Below are positions 47,101-56,401 of a DNA stretch of 64,000 nt, piece by piece; the first letter of the stretch is position 1, and every line of letters begins with the position of its first letter. Origin of the DNA: Bacteroidia bacterium (GTDB taxonomy: Bacteria > Bacteroidota > Bacteroidia > Chitinophagales > JAUHXS01); NCBI GenBank assembly GCA_030426955.1, contig JAUHXS010000001.1:435339-499338 (forward strand). The letters run 5' to 3'. Made by a program: the position numbers and the translations under genes. The notes beneath the pieces are model-generated. The model ran no database searches and was not told the DNA's origin. It saw only the letters and a list, made by a program, of their open reading frames with translations.

Positions 47101-49740
47101 ACTTACACAGATGTCTCCCGAAGTAGTTCCAAAGTTTACGGTAATGCTATCCGTACTATCTACTCCTACAATATTTGCCCCTACTGGCACCGTCCAGTTA
47201 TATCTTGTTGCTCCAACCACTGCGTCTATGCTATAACCAATTGTTGTCGCATTTTCGCAAGTAGTGTCTAAGCCACTTATTAAATCTGGTTGACTTGGAG
47301 AAGAACAAACACTTGCCGTATCAAACTTACCAGTAAAAAGTCCCCTACCATGTGTCGCTGCCAATACTTCATTATCAGAAGCTCTTAGCTGTAACATATC
47401 TACCCTTACGTTGGCCAAACCAGAGGTGGATGGTGTCCAACTTACCCCCCCTGCGGAAATGTCTGCCGTTTTCCATATGCCTACTTCGGTTGCAAGGATC
47501 ACTTCTTTTCGATCTAGTGGGTTAAAGAGTGACCACCTAACAGGCATATCTGGCAAATCGCCTTCTTTATCAACCCAAGTAACACCTCCATTATCAGAAT
47601 ACCATACAGAGTTAACACCATAATTAAAGAAAGTTACTAAAAGCTCATCATCACTTGCCCCTACTTCGATGCAAGAAATACTTGCAACTGGTAAAGTAGT
47701 ACCGAGATCGATATCTGTAATTGTTGGTGTAGCGGTATTGGCTTCTACTATTTTAAAAATTCTTCCAGAAACTGTTCCGACAAAAAGAATCGTTGTGTCT
47801 GTAGTTGAATATGGGGAAACATTTATACTTGAAGCAGGAGAACTACCACCTAATGCAATGGGCAAAAATTCTATATTGACAGCTCCTGTCGCATTATTAA
47901 GCCTAAGTATGCTATCTTCATTATAAGCGGCATAGAGAATGTCATTGATATCATCATAATCTGCTTTATTGATAAACCAACCTGTACTACCATTATCAGA
48001 TATGAAGCCAGGAAAAGATGCACCTGCATTAGTACTACGATACCAATTGTTGTATACATAGGAAGTAAATTGGAAAGTAGGATCTGTTTGATCGATAAAA
48101 CAAAATCCGCCATCTCCGCCACTTGCTTCTTCTGGATTCTCATCAATGCCAGCAGTATTAAGCTGTTGTGTACCGTTATCCTGAGCTCCTGCTAAAAAAT
48201 AATTTGCGCCACTAGTTGGATGAATCGCACCTGAATAAAATTGAGTAACGTTATAACCATTGTTTCTCGGCTCTATTACATCACTTGTTGTTGCGTTTGA
48301 TAAATCATCAGTGTAGTAGACTCCTCCATCATTTCCAAAGATAACGGTATCTGAAGAACCTGGCTTAAAAACAATGGCATGCTGGTCTGCATGGACTAGT
48401 GAAACAGGTAATGTGTTCAGGTTGGCGTTATTTGACCATTTGGATACATGTTTTATAGTTGATCCACCAAATGATGTATGAAAAAATAAGTCTATCGCAC
48501 CTGAGATAAATACACTTGAATCATTAGGATCAACAGCTAGAGCTAAGTCATACCAAGCTTGCCCTCTAGAAAAATCTGTTGCAGGAATTCCTAAATCTAG
48601 GTCATTGGGTTCGTTTAGATCAGGAATCCATGTAAAACCACCATCCAAACACCAACGTATATTCTCGACAACATTATTCTTCTCATATATGGCATATAGT
48701 GTATTAGGGTCACTAGGAGATGCAGCAATTTCTACTCTTCCAGCTCCAGCTAAATTGTCACTTAATGTCCAAGAAGTGCCATCATCTGAAAAAAAGATTT
48801 TGCCCCCTCCATTTCCAAAAGAGTTGGCTAATGTTCCAACGAATATTCTCCCTGAGGCACTTATCTCCAGATCAGCAGGGGCATGTGCAGCAGAAGTAGC
48901 TATTGGCAATACTTGAGCAAAGCTTGCTCCACTATCTAAGGATCGGTATAGCCCTTGAACACCATGAAAAGCATTATTGTCATATCGTCGTAAAACCCCC
49001 ACATACAACTCACTCACACCAGCATTATTTCTTACTACAACATCAGAAACATAGTAAAAATCGTCTTTGGTTGCATCTAGTTGACTCCAACTGTTACCAC
49101 CATCTAATGTTCGCCAAACACCTGCTCCCCTTGACGAGCTAGGTCCATTAGCGGTAAAACCCTCTCCTGTCCCAACATACATAATGTTGTTGTTGTTAGG
49201 ATCGTAAGCGATACAGGTCACTGCAATATTATCCCAAAAGTCATTTACGGCAACCCATTTAGAAGCTGCAGAAGTAATATCAGGATTGTACCAAAGTCCG
49301 CCCGTAACACCTCCTGCCCATACTTTATTCGAGCCATCAGGGTCCCACATTAATGCCCTTGTTCTTCCACCAACGTTGGAAGGTCCTCTTTCCGTCCAAG
49401 CATTGCTAACACTTTCTCCTGGAGCTATTGGCGGGGGATTATTAAGCATATTTTGTATACCTTCTGAAAGTGTTTGCACTCTTTCTGTAGGTGGATACCC
49501 GAGCGCTGGATCCATTGTCAATAAAAAATCTTGCTCCCAAGCTAAATCTGGTCTATCTTGCTTAGGCATTTCTTTGATCAACTGAGGATCTTTGACTTCA
49601 GGACTACTGTAAGGATGATACTTTATATATTTTTCATATTCAGACCTCGTCGGAGATTGAGCAAAAACTCCGCTATATGATATCAGAGTTACAACAAATA
49701 AAATTCTCCAGTTTTTAAAAACAGCCACACTAATGCCCAT
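44101..49740 (-). CDS. Giant T9SS type A cargo: BNR/Asp-box (sortilin-like) beta-propeller region followed by 11 PKD-like domains
   Basis: 1879 aa with a signal peptide. Asp-box motifs (LDGGNSW, SDDGTSW, SDNGGVTW). Eleven ~85-95-aa Y.WTVP.GA.I..G.G..SI.V.FG..SG.ICV.A.N.CG modules. C-terminus SPNPTNGMAIL...GIYFVEI. Confidence 0.85.
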   Translation of the reverse strand: MGISVAVFKNWRILFVVTLISYSGVFAQSPTRSEYEKYIKYHPYSSPEVKDPQLIKEMPKQDRPDLAWEQDFLLTMDPALGYPPTERVQTLSEGIQNMLNNPPPIAPGESVSNAWTERGPSNVGGRTRALMWDPDGSNKVWAGGVTGGLWYNPDITSAASKWVAVNDFWDNIAVTCIAYDPNNNNIMYVGTGEGFTANGPSSSRGAGVWRTLDGGNSWSQLDATKDDFYYVSDVVVRNNAGVSELYVGVLRRYDNNAFHGVQGLYRSLDSGASFAQVLPIATSAAHAPADLEISASGRIFVGTLANSFGNGGGKIFFSDDGTSWTLSDNLAGAGRVEIAASPSDPNTLYAIYEKNNVVENIRWCLDGGFTWIPDLNEPNDLDLGIPATDFSRGQAWYDLALAVDPNDSSVFISGAIDLFFHTSFGGSTIKHVSKWSNNANLNTLPVSLVHADQHAIVFKPGSSDTVIFGNDGGVYYTDDLSNATTSDVIEPRNNGYNVTQFYSGAIHPTSGANYFLAGAQDNGTQQLNTAGIDENPEEASGGDGGFCFIDQTDPTFQFTSYVYNNWYRSTNAGASFPGFISDNGSTGWFINKADYDDINDILYAAYNEDSILRLNNATGAVNIEFLPIALGGSSPASSINVSPYSTTDTTILFVGTVSGRIFKIVEANTATPTITDIDLGTTLPVASISCIEVGASDDELLVTFFNYGVNSVWYSDNGGVTWVDKEGDLPDMPVRWSLFNPLDRKEVILATEVGIWKTADISAGGVSWTPSTSGLANVRVDMLQLRASDNEVLAATHGRGLFTGKFDTASVCSSPSQPDLISGLDTTCENATTIGYSIDAVVGATRYNWTVPVGANIVGVDSTDSITVNFGTTSGDICVSAENSCGISSDTCISITLITVPNAPDTIYGIDTVASDSVGVVFITNVISGTANYNWTVPADATITSGQGDTSITVTFGDSSGTICVRSENTCGNSIYYCRSIYVDTTSPVCNIPSQPGLISGIDTTCENATNIGYSIDAVAGATRYNWTVPAGASIVGVDSTDSITVTLGTTSGDICVSAENSCGTSSDTCLSITLITSPNVPDTIYGIDTVASDSIGVIFTTNAISGATNYNWTVTADATITSGQGDTSITVTFGDSSGTICVRSENACGNSVYFCRDIYVDTTNPVCNVPAQPDLISGLDTICENATTIGYSIDAVVGATRYNWTVPVGANIVGVDSTDSITVNFGTTSGDICVSAENSCGISSDTCISITLITAPNVPDTIYGIDTVASDSVGVVFITNAISGAANYNWTVPADATITSGQGDTSITVTFGDLSGMICVRAENSCGNSVYYCKNIYVDTTSDPNLPPMPGQIAGDDSVCPGEAGVIYAIESISGVTRYNWTVPVGATIIGSDSSSSIVVDFGNTSGNVCVNTENAFGTSNNRCFAVYVGPDACEPPAIPGAITGDATICPNVTGVVYTINAVPEASRYNWTVPAGAAIIGSDSSTSIVVNFGNSSGNICVNAENLGGTSGDKCLAISVDPMFCGVAPDMPGIITGMDTICANTVANYSIADVDSADYYLWTVPVGATIVSGDSTTQVTVEFGNSSGMVCVSAGNDYGVSGQQCKPVVVRAGLTVLPPDTIYSPDSICLKETSVEFSVDSSTQVLGYIWQVPILSEIVSGQGSASISVNFGSVVDSICVQAQGACGLSPTKCILPNMLPYGQPEMPNDILGKRSVCVNESNVVYRSTEPSGAIDYNWTTVNSSVVFGQGTSEVEIDFGATDDSICVRAENVCGVSSYQCISVKVDNCTGIAISNIEHTIKISPNPTNGMAILSFESPINAGCRLVMQNVMGQEIYAESMNKMINLNSKYLDFTNLSKGIYFVEIQLDGYSVRRKVVYH
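45700..47300. repeat. Intragenic tandem triplication, 534-bp (two-domain) unit
   Basis: Equivalent landmarks recur at a 534-bp spacing (for example attgtatctgga at 45953 and 47021, which is 2 x 534). Units 1 and 3 differ at 8 of 264 hand-aligned nt. Confidence 0.85.
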
Positions 49741-49877
49741 ACCTTCCTTTGGTTTAAATATTTTAGAATACGTAATTTTAGCAAAAAGGTTTCAGTAAAA
49801 AAACATAATTTCCTAATTTGTACTAAGCATTTTATTGAGGAAATACAAACACTTTATCCACTTCACAAAAACTTAAC

Positions 49878-51386
49878 TTGAAAACTCCTTCTGATCATTT
49901 ATATAAACTCATTCAATCTTTAACAAAAAACGAAAAGGGATATTTTAAAAAGTATACTTCAAAGCACGTAATTGGTGAGGGCAATTTTTATGTAAAACTC
50001 TTTGACGAAATCGAGTCTCAAAAAGCTTATGATGAAAAAAAGCTTGTTGACACCTTTAAGAAATATCCTCAAATCAAAAACCTAACAACACATAAATCTC
50101 ACCTATTTACTACGATCTTAAGCAGTTTAAGGGCATTTCATGCAAAAAGGGATATATTATTAATAATAACAAACCTTATTAACGATGCCACAATGCTAAA
50201 GCTAAGAGGTTTATTTGATCTAGCTCTCAAAATAAATAATAAAGCGCTTAAACTATCTATAAACAACCACCTTGTTAATTATCAATTGATCAGTCAAATA
50301 AATGACATTCAAATCAGGCTTGAGCTAGGATACAAAGACACTTCCATTGAAGAACTAGAAGTACTTTTAGACAAGAACATTTTACTAGGAGAAGAGCTGC
50401 AAGATAGGCTAAAGGCAGAAAAAGTGTCAAGACTCCTCTTTTATATGTTAAATAAAAACAGACAATTTGCAAACAAAGATCTTGTAGTAGAGAAAATGAA
50501 AAAAATTATCGTATCAAGCAATTTTGAATCATTGAAAACATCAAAATCTATTGATACGAGAATATACTATTACAATGGAATGGCAAACTACTATACGGCC
50601 ATAGAGGATAACCCAATGCACCTTCAATGTATTCAATCGCTACATAGCACGTTTACTTCAAACCCAGAATCAATTACCCCTCGGCTCGGCTCATATATCA
50701 ACTATACATACAATGCTATTTATTCTTGCATTCATGCAAATGACATTGATGGGGCACTTAAATACTTATCTATATTCAAAAATATTGAGAAAGAATATGA
50801 CTTAAGCAAAAGAAGGCAAGCTGACATACTCCTCACTTCTTATCAGATAGAAATAACGATCAACCTTATTCAGAAAAATTTCAAATCCGCTAATACCTTA
50901 TCTGAACAACTAAACATTGCAATCACAAAACACAGCAAACATCTACCCAAAAGCTATATAGACAGCTATATTCAAATTATAGCAACATGTGATTTTTTCA
51001 ACAATAAATTAGATCAGGCACTTGATGGCATCGATTTATTATTAAAAAAACGAAGAAAAGGCATTAGACAAGATTTATACCGATGGGCCAAGTTATTTCA
51101 AATAATGATTCATTATCAACAAGGAAATTACATTTTACTTGACTCCTTACTACTTTCTTTAAGTAGGTTAATCAAGGAAGATCAAAGCAAAAATGCTATC
51201 GAATCTTTATTTATTAAGCATATTAAAGCTATGGCTAGCAACCCTTCTCAAAAGAACATAGAAAATACTTTACAAGAGTTTAAATTAAAAATAGCAGCCA
51301 TACCTAACAGAACTTCTGAAAAGCAAATTGTCAAAGAGCTATTTCTAGAGACTTGGCTTGAAATGTTAAGTCAAAGAGCTGACTAA
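49878..51386 (+). CDS. Conserved hypothetical all-helical protein
   Basis: 502 aa with a TTG start. N-terminus LYKLIQSLTKNEKGYFKKY. Helical-repeat character. A C-terminal paralog fragment is present at 8601-8972. Confidence 0.5.
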   Translation: MKTPSDHLYKLIQSLTKNEKGYFKKYTSKHVIGEGNFYVKLFDEIESQKAYDEKKLVDTFKKYPQIKNLTTHKSHLFTTILSSLRAFHAKRDILLIITNLINDATMLKLRGLFDLALKINNKALKLSINNHLVNYQLISQINDIQIRLELGYKDTSIEELEVLLDKNILLGEELQDRLKAEKVSRLLFYMLNKNRQFANKDLVVEKMKKIIVSSNFESLKTSKSIDTRIYYYNGMANYYTAIEDNPMHLQCIQSLHSTFTSNPESITPRLGSYINYTYNAIYSCIHANDIDGALKYLSIFKNIEKEYDLSKRRQADILLTSYQIEITINLIQKNFKSANTLSEQLNIAITKHSKHLPKSYIDSYIQIIATCDFFNNKLDQALDGIDLLLKKRRKGIRQDLYRWAKLFQIMIHYQQGNYILLDSLLLSLSRLIKEDQSKNAIESLFIKHIKAMASNPSQKNIENTLQEFKLKIAAIPNRTSEKQIVKELFLETWLEMLSQRAD

Positions 51387-52474
51387 TCTTTATAAATAAT
51401 CCCACCACCAATTACGTCATTTCCCTCGTAAAACACAGCAGACTGCCCAGGAGCAATGGCAGATACATTCGCTTCGAATTCTACCCTGATTTTACCTTTA
51501 TCATTGTAAAGCTTACTCAATGTACCTTGATTTTTGTATCTAATTTTAGTCACAGCTTCTTTTTCATCTTCTACTTTAGCATACTTTTGAAGGTTTAATT
51601 TATAAACGCTCATAGTAGATCTAAGCAAATCCTTCTCTTCACCCAAAACTACGGTATTGTCATTCGGATTAATATCTGTTACATACATGGGTTGACCTAA
51701 TGCTATTTCTAACCCTTTTCTTTGACCAATTGTGTAAAAAGGATATCCTTTATGTTTTCCAAGTATGTTTCCATTTGTATCCAAAAAATTTCCCCCAGCC
51801 ACTTGTTCCTCCAAGCCTGCTACTCTCCTTTTTAAAAAACCTCTATAATCATTGTCAGGAACGAAGCAGATCTCATAGCTTTCACTTTTAGAAGCTAACT
51901 CTTGATAACCCCTATCTATAGCAAATTGACGAATTTCTGATTTACGATACTTCCCCAAAGGATAGATACTTCGTGCTAGATTCTCTTGACTAATTCCCCA
52001 TAACACATACGACTGATCTTTTAAGTGATCTAGACCTTTTGAAACAACATACCTACCATTTTCCTGCCTTACCTGTGCATAATGTCCCGTTGCAATAAAT
52101 TCACAGTCTAATTGATCAGCTCTTTTCAACAAGGCTTCCCATTTGATATGGGTATTACACATGATACAGGGATTGGGTGTTCTCCCTGCAATATACTCCT
52201 CCACAAAATCATCAATTACAGCATCTCCAAATTCTTCTCTAATGTCAACAATCATATGGGGGAATCCAAGATGTACAGCAACTGCTCTGGCATCATTTAT
52301 AGAATCTAAACTACAACACCCTGTCTCCTTTTTTGATCCACCAGAAGAAGCATAATCCCAAGTTTTCATGGTCATACCAATAACTTGATATCCTTGCTCA
52401 TGTAACATCACTGCTGCTACTGTGCTATCAATACCACCACTCATGGCTACTAAAACCTTACCACGCTTACTCAT
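51383..52474 (-). CDS. mnmA: tRNA 2-thiouridine(34) synthase
   Basis: 363 aa with VAMSGGIDSTV PP-loop, NPCIMCN and ATGHYA motifs. Confidence 0.92.
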   Translation of the reverse strand: MSKRGKVLVAMSGGIDSTVAAVMLHEQGYQVIGMTMKTWDYASSGGSKKETGCCSLDSINDARAVAVHLGFPHMIVDIREEFGDAVIDDFVEEYIAGRTPNPCIMCNTHIKWEALLKRADQLDCEFIATGHYAQVRQENGRYVVSKGLDHLKDQSYVLWGISQENLARSIYPLGKYRKSEIRQFAIDRGYQELASKSESYEICFVPDNDYRGFLKRRVAGLEEQVAGGNFLDTNGNILGKHKGYPFYTIGQRKGLEIALGQPMYVTDINPNDNTVVLGEEKDLLRSTMSVYKLNLQKYAKVEDEKEAVTKIRYKNQGTLSKLYNDKGKIRVEFEANVSAIAPGQSAVFYEGNDVIGGGIIYKD

Positions 52475-52496
52475 TGTACAAAGATAGACATTTAGT

Positions 52497-52538
52497 TATT
52501 AGGAGCGAGGAATTAGGGACTAGGTACGAGGAAATAGG
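52497..52538. repeat. 7-nt-periodic NNNNAGG tract (6 units)
   Basis: AGG at 52501, 52508, 52515, 52522, 52529 and 52536, exactly 7 nt apart. It lies between the msrA stop and the mnmA start. Confidence 0.75.
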
Positions 52539-52553
52539 AATGCAATCTATATA

Positions 52554-53081
52554 TCACTTTATAAAATCTGCAAATACTTTCCTGAATTTTTCCAGCTTTG
52601 GGCGAACGACATTAGCACAGTAAAGCTGATCTGAGTTTTGTGCATAATAATCGTGGTGATAATCTTCCGCTGGATAGAACTCCGAAGCTTCTGTTATTTC
52701 AGTAATGATAGGATCGCTCCAAGCACCAGACTGGTCCAGTCTTTGCCTGATCTTTTCCGCTAACTCTTTCTGATCTTGATTGTGATAAAACACAACCGAT
52801 CTATATTGTGTCCCGACATCGTTACCCTGACGATTCAAGGTAGTTGGATCATGCACTATCCAAAATATTTCTAACAACTTTTCATAGTTTACCTCATTCG
52901 GATCAAATTTAATCTGAGCCACTTCAGCATGACCAGTTGTTCCCGTACATACTTCTTTGTAAGTTGGGCTCACTTTTCCTCCTCCCATATACCCAGGTAA
53001 TACTTGCTGAACACCTTTTACTTCTTTAAAAATGGCTTCTACACACCAAAAACAGCCAGCACCAAATGTTGCAATATTCAT
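52554..53081 (-). CDS. msrA: Peptide-methionine (S)-S-oxide reductase
   Basis: 175 aa with the GAGCFWC active-site motif. Confidence 0.92.
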   Translation of the reverse strand: MNIATFGAGCFWCVEAIFKEVKGVQQVLPGYMGGGKVSPTYKEVCTGTTGHAEVAQIKFDPNEVNYEKLLEIFWIVHDPTTLNRQGNDVGTQYRSVVFYHNQDQKELAEKIRQRLDQSGAWSDPIITEITEASEFYPAEDYHHDYYAQNSDQLYCANVVRPKLEKFRKVFADFIK

Positions 53082-53110
53082 ACCTATAGTTAGATTTTAC
53101 TTAAATCCAA

Positions 53111-53134
53111 ATTAAGCATTTAAAATGCTTAATC
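53111..53134. promoter_or_regulatory. 24-bp perfect palindrome in the msrA / lipoprotein divergent promoter region
   Basis: attaagcatt taaa aatgcttaat, 30 nt upstream of the msrA ATG. Confidence 0.35.
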
Positions 53135-53360
53135 AATTAAAAATTTATAAGTCACTCTTTCAAGATGCTATGCAACAAACCTTAAACTGGCTCTCCTGCT
53201 AAAGCTTTTCGAAATTGGGGTAAATATACAAGAATCAAAGAAAAATGGTTCGAGCATTTCATCAATTTCTTCAAAGAGAAGTATATAACACTTTTTATAA
53301 TTTTTATCATTTAAAAATCTAGCTAAAGTTCATAGCTTGACGTTTAAAATAATAAATTCA

Positions 53361-54284
53361 ATGAATAATTTAAGAAAAGCAACATTATTACTACTTTTTG
53401 CAACTATATTTTACTCTTGCAAAAAAGATTGCGTACCAACAACTTGGTACAAAGATATAGACGGAGATGGCAAAGGTGATCCTAAAAATACCGTAGAGTC
53501 TTGCGAGCAACCTGAATCATATGTATCTAACGCTGACGATGTCCTAGATAACGAGCCACAAGGAAAACAAACAGCCATTGTACCCTACAGGGGTGCCACA
53601 TGGTGTCCTCCATGCGGTCAATACGGTGAGGAAACTAAAGCCTATATCGAAAGTAATTACGACAAAGATGAAGCTATTATCATATCTTCTCAGAGTAATG
53701 ATCTCATTAACCCTTCCACAACGAATGTTGCCTACAAATTTGGAGCAGCATTCATGGCAAATGCGGGGTCAAGCAGTATTCCCAATATGTTTACTACAGG
53801 CGGTGGATATTCCACAGATTTTTATCCAACAGAAAATAGCGCAGCAAATGCAATTGATATTGCTATGGGACAAGCAAGCTCTTCTCAATCTGTTGAAATG
53901 ACTGCTGATGTTGCCATTGGAGCAAGGCTAGATGGTAATACAATTAAAGTAGAAGTAAAAACTAAGTTTTACAAAGATAAGCCACAAGAACATTTTCTAT
54001 CCGTTTATATCTTAGAGGATTTAGTAAAGGCAGACCAACAACATTCATCACAGGGGACTGTAGAAGACATGAACCATAATCATATTTTGAGAAAAGCAGC
54101 GAATGAGACAAACTACCTCGGAGAATCTCTGGGTAAGTCGTTTTCAAATGGAGAAATATTTGAAAAAAGCATCAGCATAGAGATTGAACCAGCTTGGAAT
54201 ACGGCAAATCTTAAAGTTGTTGCTCTTATTTGGGAAGGAAATGGTGTCAATGCCATTAACGGAAAAGTAGTTCATCTAAATTAA
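53361..54284 (+). CDS. Thioredoxin-fold lipoprotein (Omp28-related)
   Basis: Lipobox IFYSC. WYKDIDGDGKGDP metal-binding-type motif. GATWCPPCG thioredoxin-like motif. ATG at 53361 is preferred. Confidence 0.5.
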   Translation: MNNLRKATLLLLFATIFYSCKKDCVPTTWYKDIDGDGKGDPKNTVESCEQPESYVSNADDVLDNEPQGKQTAIVPYRGATWCPPCGQYGEETKAYIESNYDKDEAIIISSQSNDLINPSTTNVAYKFGAAFMANAGSSSIPNMFTTGGGYSTDFYPTENSAANAIDIAMGQASSSQSVEMTADVAIGARLDGNTIKVEVKTKFYKDKPQEHFLSVYILEDLVKADQQHSSQGTVEDMNHNHILRKAANETNYLGESLGKSFSNGEIFEKSISIEIEPAWNTANLKVVALIWEGNGVNAINGKVVHLN

Positions 54285-54311
54285 CTTTATAAAGAGGTGC
54301 AATGGCTTCCA

Positions 54312-55277
54312 TTACACCTCTTTTAGGCAATCTTCTACCTTGTTAAGGCTGTATTCATGAAGTTTATGATGAGTCGGCATCCATCCTAATAAAAATCGCG
54401 CAAAATCAGCCCAAGCGAAGCTATATAAGCATCTCCACTCTTCTTCTAGTTCCAGAGTATTGAGGCTATGCTGTTTTTGATCAATCGCTAACTTTAATTC
54501 ATAGAAGTAATGCTCTAGTAGCTCACCTTCATATTCAAAGCATTTATTAGAATCTAGGCAACTGCTAAAAAGATAGGCTATATCTTTCATTCCACAGCCT
54601 ACTCCCACATACTGAAAGTCAACAGCTGCGACCTTTGAACCATCCTTAGAGAAGCAAAAATTAGCAACCTTTGCATCTCCATGAACCAATGTCTTGTATT
54701 TACAGGCATTTAACATCTCATCAATCTTTTGCGCATTTTGTTTCAAGATCCCTTCTTTCATTAATTTAAATTCCTCAGGTCGAGTATCGAGGTGCCAATA
54801 AGTTCCTATATTCCATAACCCCTCTCCTTTATTATTTAAAAAATTCGCATGGAAATTTGCAAGCCATGACAAGCATACTTTTACTTCTTGAATACTTAGA
54901 TTAGATCGCCTTAATTGATATCCTAAAGCATCGAGGTCTTCTAGAATAATAATACTTCCATTTCCATAATTAGAAAACCCTTTTAAACTAGCCACTTGAC
55001 AATTATCATCACATAATCGAGCAAATTGCTGATAGAAAGTCAACTCTATTTGATACGATTTTAATTTTCGCTGATGGGAAATATCTGTTGCCCAACCTCT
55101 TGGATGGTTTACTTCGCTTTTTGGAGGATCAATAAGCTTTACTATAACGTTTTTATCATCTACTTTAACTCTCAGGATTTTCCCGTAACCACTCCATAGC
55201 TCTTGAATTACTTCAAAAATTTCAACACTTTCTGCGTTTACAATTTGCTGAACAAAGTCAACTACTAAGCTTGACAA
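54312..55277 (-). CDS. Phosphotransferase (APH/choline-kinase-like) family protein
   Basis: HGDAKVANFCF catalytic-loop motif and a DFQYVGVG segment. TTG start. Confidence 0.6.
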   Translation of the reverse strand: MSSLVVDFVQQIVNAESVEIFEVIQELWSGYGKILRVKVDDKNVIVKLIDPPKSEVNHPRGWATDISHQRKLKSYQIELTFYQQFARLCDDNCQVASLKGFSNYGNGSIIILEDLDALGYQLRRSNLSIQEVKVCLSWLANFHANFLNNKGEGLWNIGTYWHLDTRPEEFKLMKEGILKQNAQKIDEMLNACKYKTLVHGDAKVANFCFSKDGSKVAAVDFQYVGVGCGMKDIAYLFSSCLDSNKCFEYEGELLEHYFYELKLAIDQKQHSLNTLELEEEWRCLYSFAWADFARFLLGWMPTHHKLHEYSLNKVEDCLKEV

Positions 55278-55283
55278 AATTGA

Positions 55284-55652
55284 TTAAACTTTTTTCTTTC
55301 TTTTACTTGCTTTAGCCAATGGATTAAAGTCAATACAAAGCTTAATCCAGTATGCTAAATCTTCATCCAGATCAAAACCATTAGGTGTAACAAAAACATA
55401 GCCCTTCATAGGCCTATCAGTGTAATCCATTGGATAACAGCCTTCTCTTTTCATAGCTTCTTCAGAGGCTTCCTCTCCAATTCGCGCCATGAGCAGATCT
55501 GTATTTTTCTTCTTATCAAAATGAATGCCACAACACATCTTATCATCTACCATGAAACAAAGGCCATTAAACATCTTTTTAGCTTCAAAAGACACACCTT
55601 TTTCTTTAAAAGCTTGTCGAATTCTGTCTTCTAAATACTGATCCCAAGCCAT
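55284..55652 (-). CDS. TfoX/Sxy N-terminal domain protein
   Basis: 122 aa with the KKMFNGLCFMVDDKMCCGI pattern. Confidence 0.55.
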   Translation of the reverse strand: MAWDQYLEDRIRQAFKEKGVSFEAKKMFNGLCFMVDDKMCCGIHFDKKKNTDLLMARIGEEASEEAMKREGCYPMDYTDRPMKGYVFVTPNGFDLDEDLAYWIKLCIDFNPLAKASKRKKKV

Positions 55653-55684
55653 ATTATTAGTTTGAAGTTCCCAGATACTATTAA

Positions 55685-56392
55685 CTAAATCAACTCTGAA
55701 ATATCTCTTACACCAACGGTTTTCTGAGCTACAAAGCCCTCACCATATCTAACACCAATACGATGCCCCATATTTGAAGCTCTTGACCTTATTGCTTCTA
55801 TAAACTCAGGCTTAGAGATATAAGTTTCAGGCTCATCGGAATCTGGATCAAAAAACTGAGTTTTATAAGCTTTTACAGCCTCCATCTTTTCATCTATATA
55901 ATCAGATATATCTACAACAAAAGAAGGCTCCATCTCGCGATCTTGGATATAGTGGTAAACTTGCTTTGGTCTCCAGGCCTCTTGTCCTGTGTCTATTTTT
56001 ATGAGCCCTGATAAAAAGCAAGCGTCTGAAACTAATTGCGCACCTTTACCATGATCAGGATGCCGATCATAAATCGCATTAATCAAAACTATTTCAGGTT
56101 GATATTGTCTAATCTTTTTGATTATCTCTACTTGGTGCTCCCTATCATTTATAAAAAAACCATCCTTAAAGCCTAGGTTTTCTCGAATTTCTAACCCCAT
56201 TACTTTACTTGCCGTCTCTGCTTCTGCCTTTCTAGTTTCAACAGTTCCTCTTGTACCCAACTCACCCTTAGTTAGGTCAACCACACCTACTCTTTTCCCA
56301 GATTGCACCGCCTTGATTAAAGTTCCACCACACGACAATTCAACATCATCAGGATGAGCGCCAAATGCAAGAATATTTAGTTTTGAGTTCAG
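55685..56392 (-). CDS. bshB1: Bacillithiol biosynthesis deacetylase BshB1 (LmbE/PIG-L family); no canonical start codon covers the conserved N-terminus
   Basis: DRHPDHGKG and GELGTRG motifs. The conserved ILAFGAHPDDVELSCGG segment lies upstream of the first TTG (56338). That frame is open only back to a CTG at 56392. Confidence 0.7.
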   Translation of the reverse strand: MNSKLNILAFGAHPDDVELSCGGTLIKAVQSGKRVGVVDLTKGELGTRGTVETRKAEAETASKVMGLEIRENLGFKDGFFINDREHQVEIIKKIRQYQPEIVLINAIYDRHPDHGKGAQLVSDACFLSGLIKIDTGQEAWRPKQVYHYIQDREMEPSFVVDISDYIDEKMEAVKAYKTQFFDPDSDEPETYISKPEFIEAIRSRASNMGHRIGVRYGEGFVAQKTVGVRDISELI

Positions 56393-56401
56393 AGTTTAGA
56401 A

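Noticed and set aside
45700-47300. Regularly spaced near-identical repeats that could be mistaken for a CRISPR-like array
   Set aside because: The period is 534 bp, there is no short repeat plus unique spacer organisation, and the whole region is one continuous reading frame encoding PKD-like domains.
53578-53901. 107-aa plus-strand ORF in an alternative frame of the Omp28-related gene
   Set aside because: It lies fully inside the longer ORF, which has a lipobox and a thioredoxin motif. The alternative-frame translation has no features.
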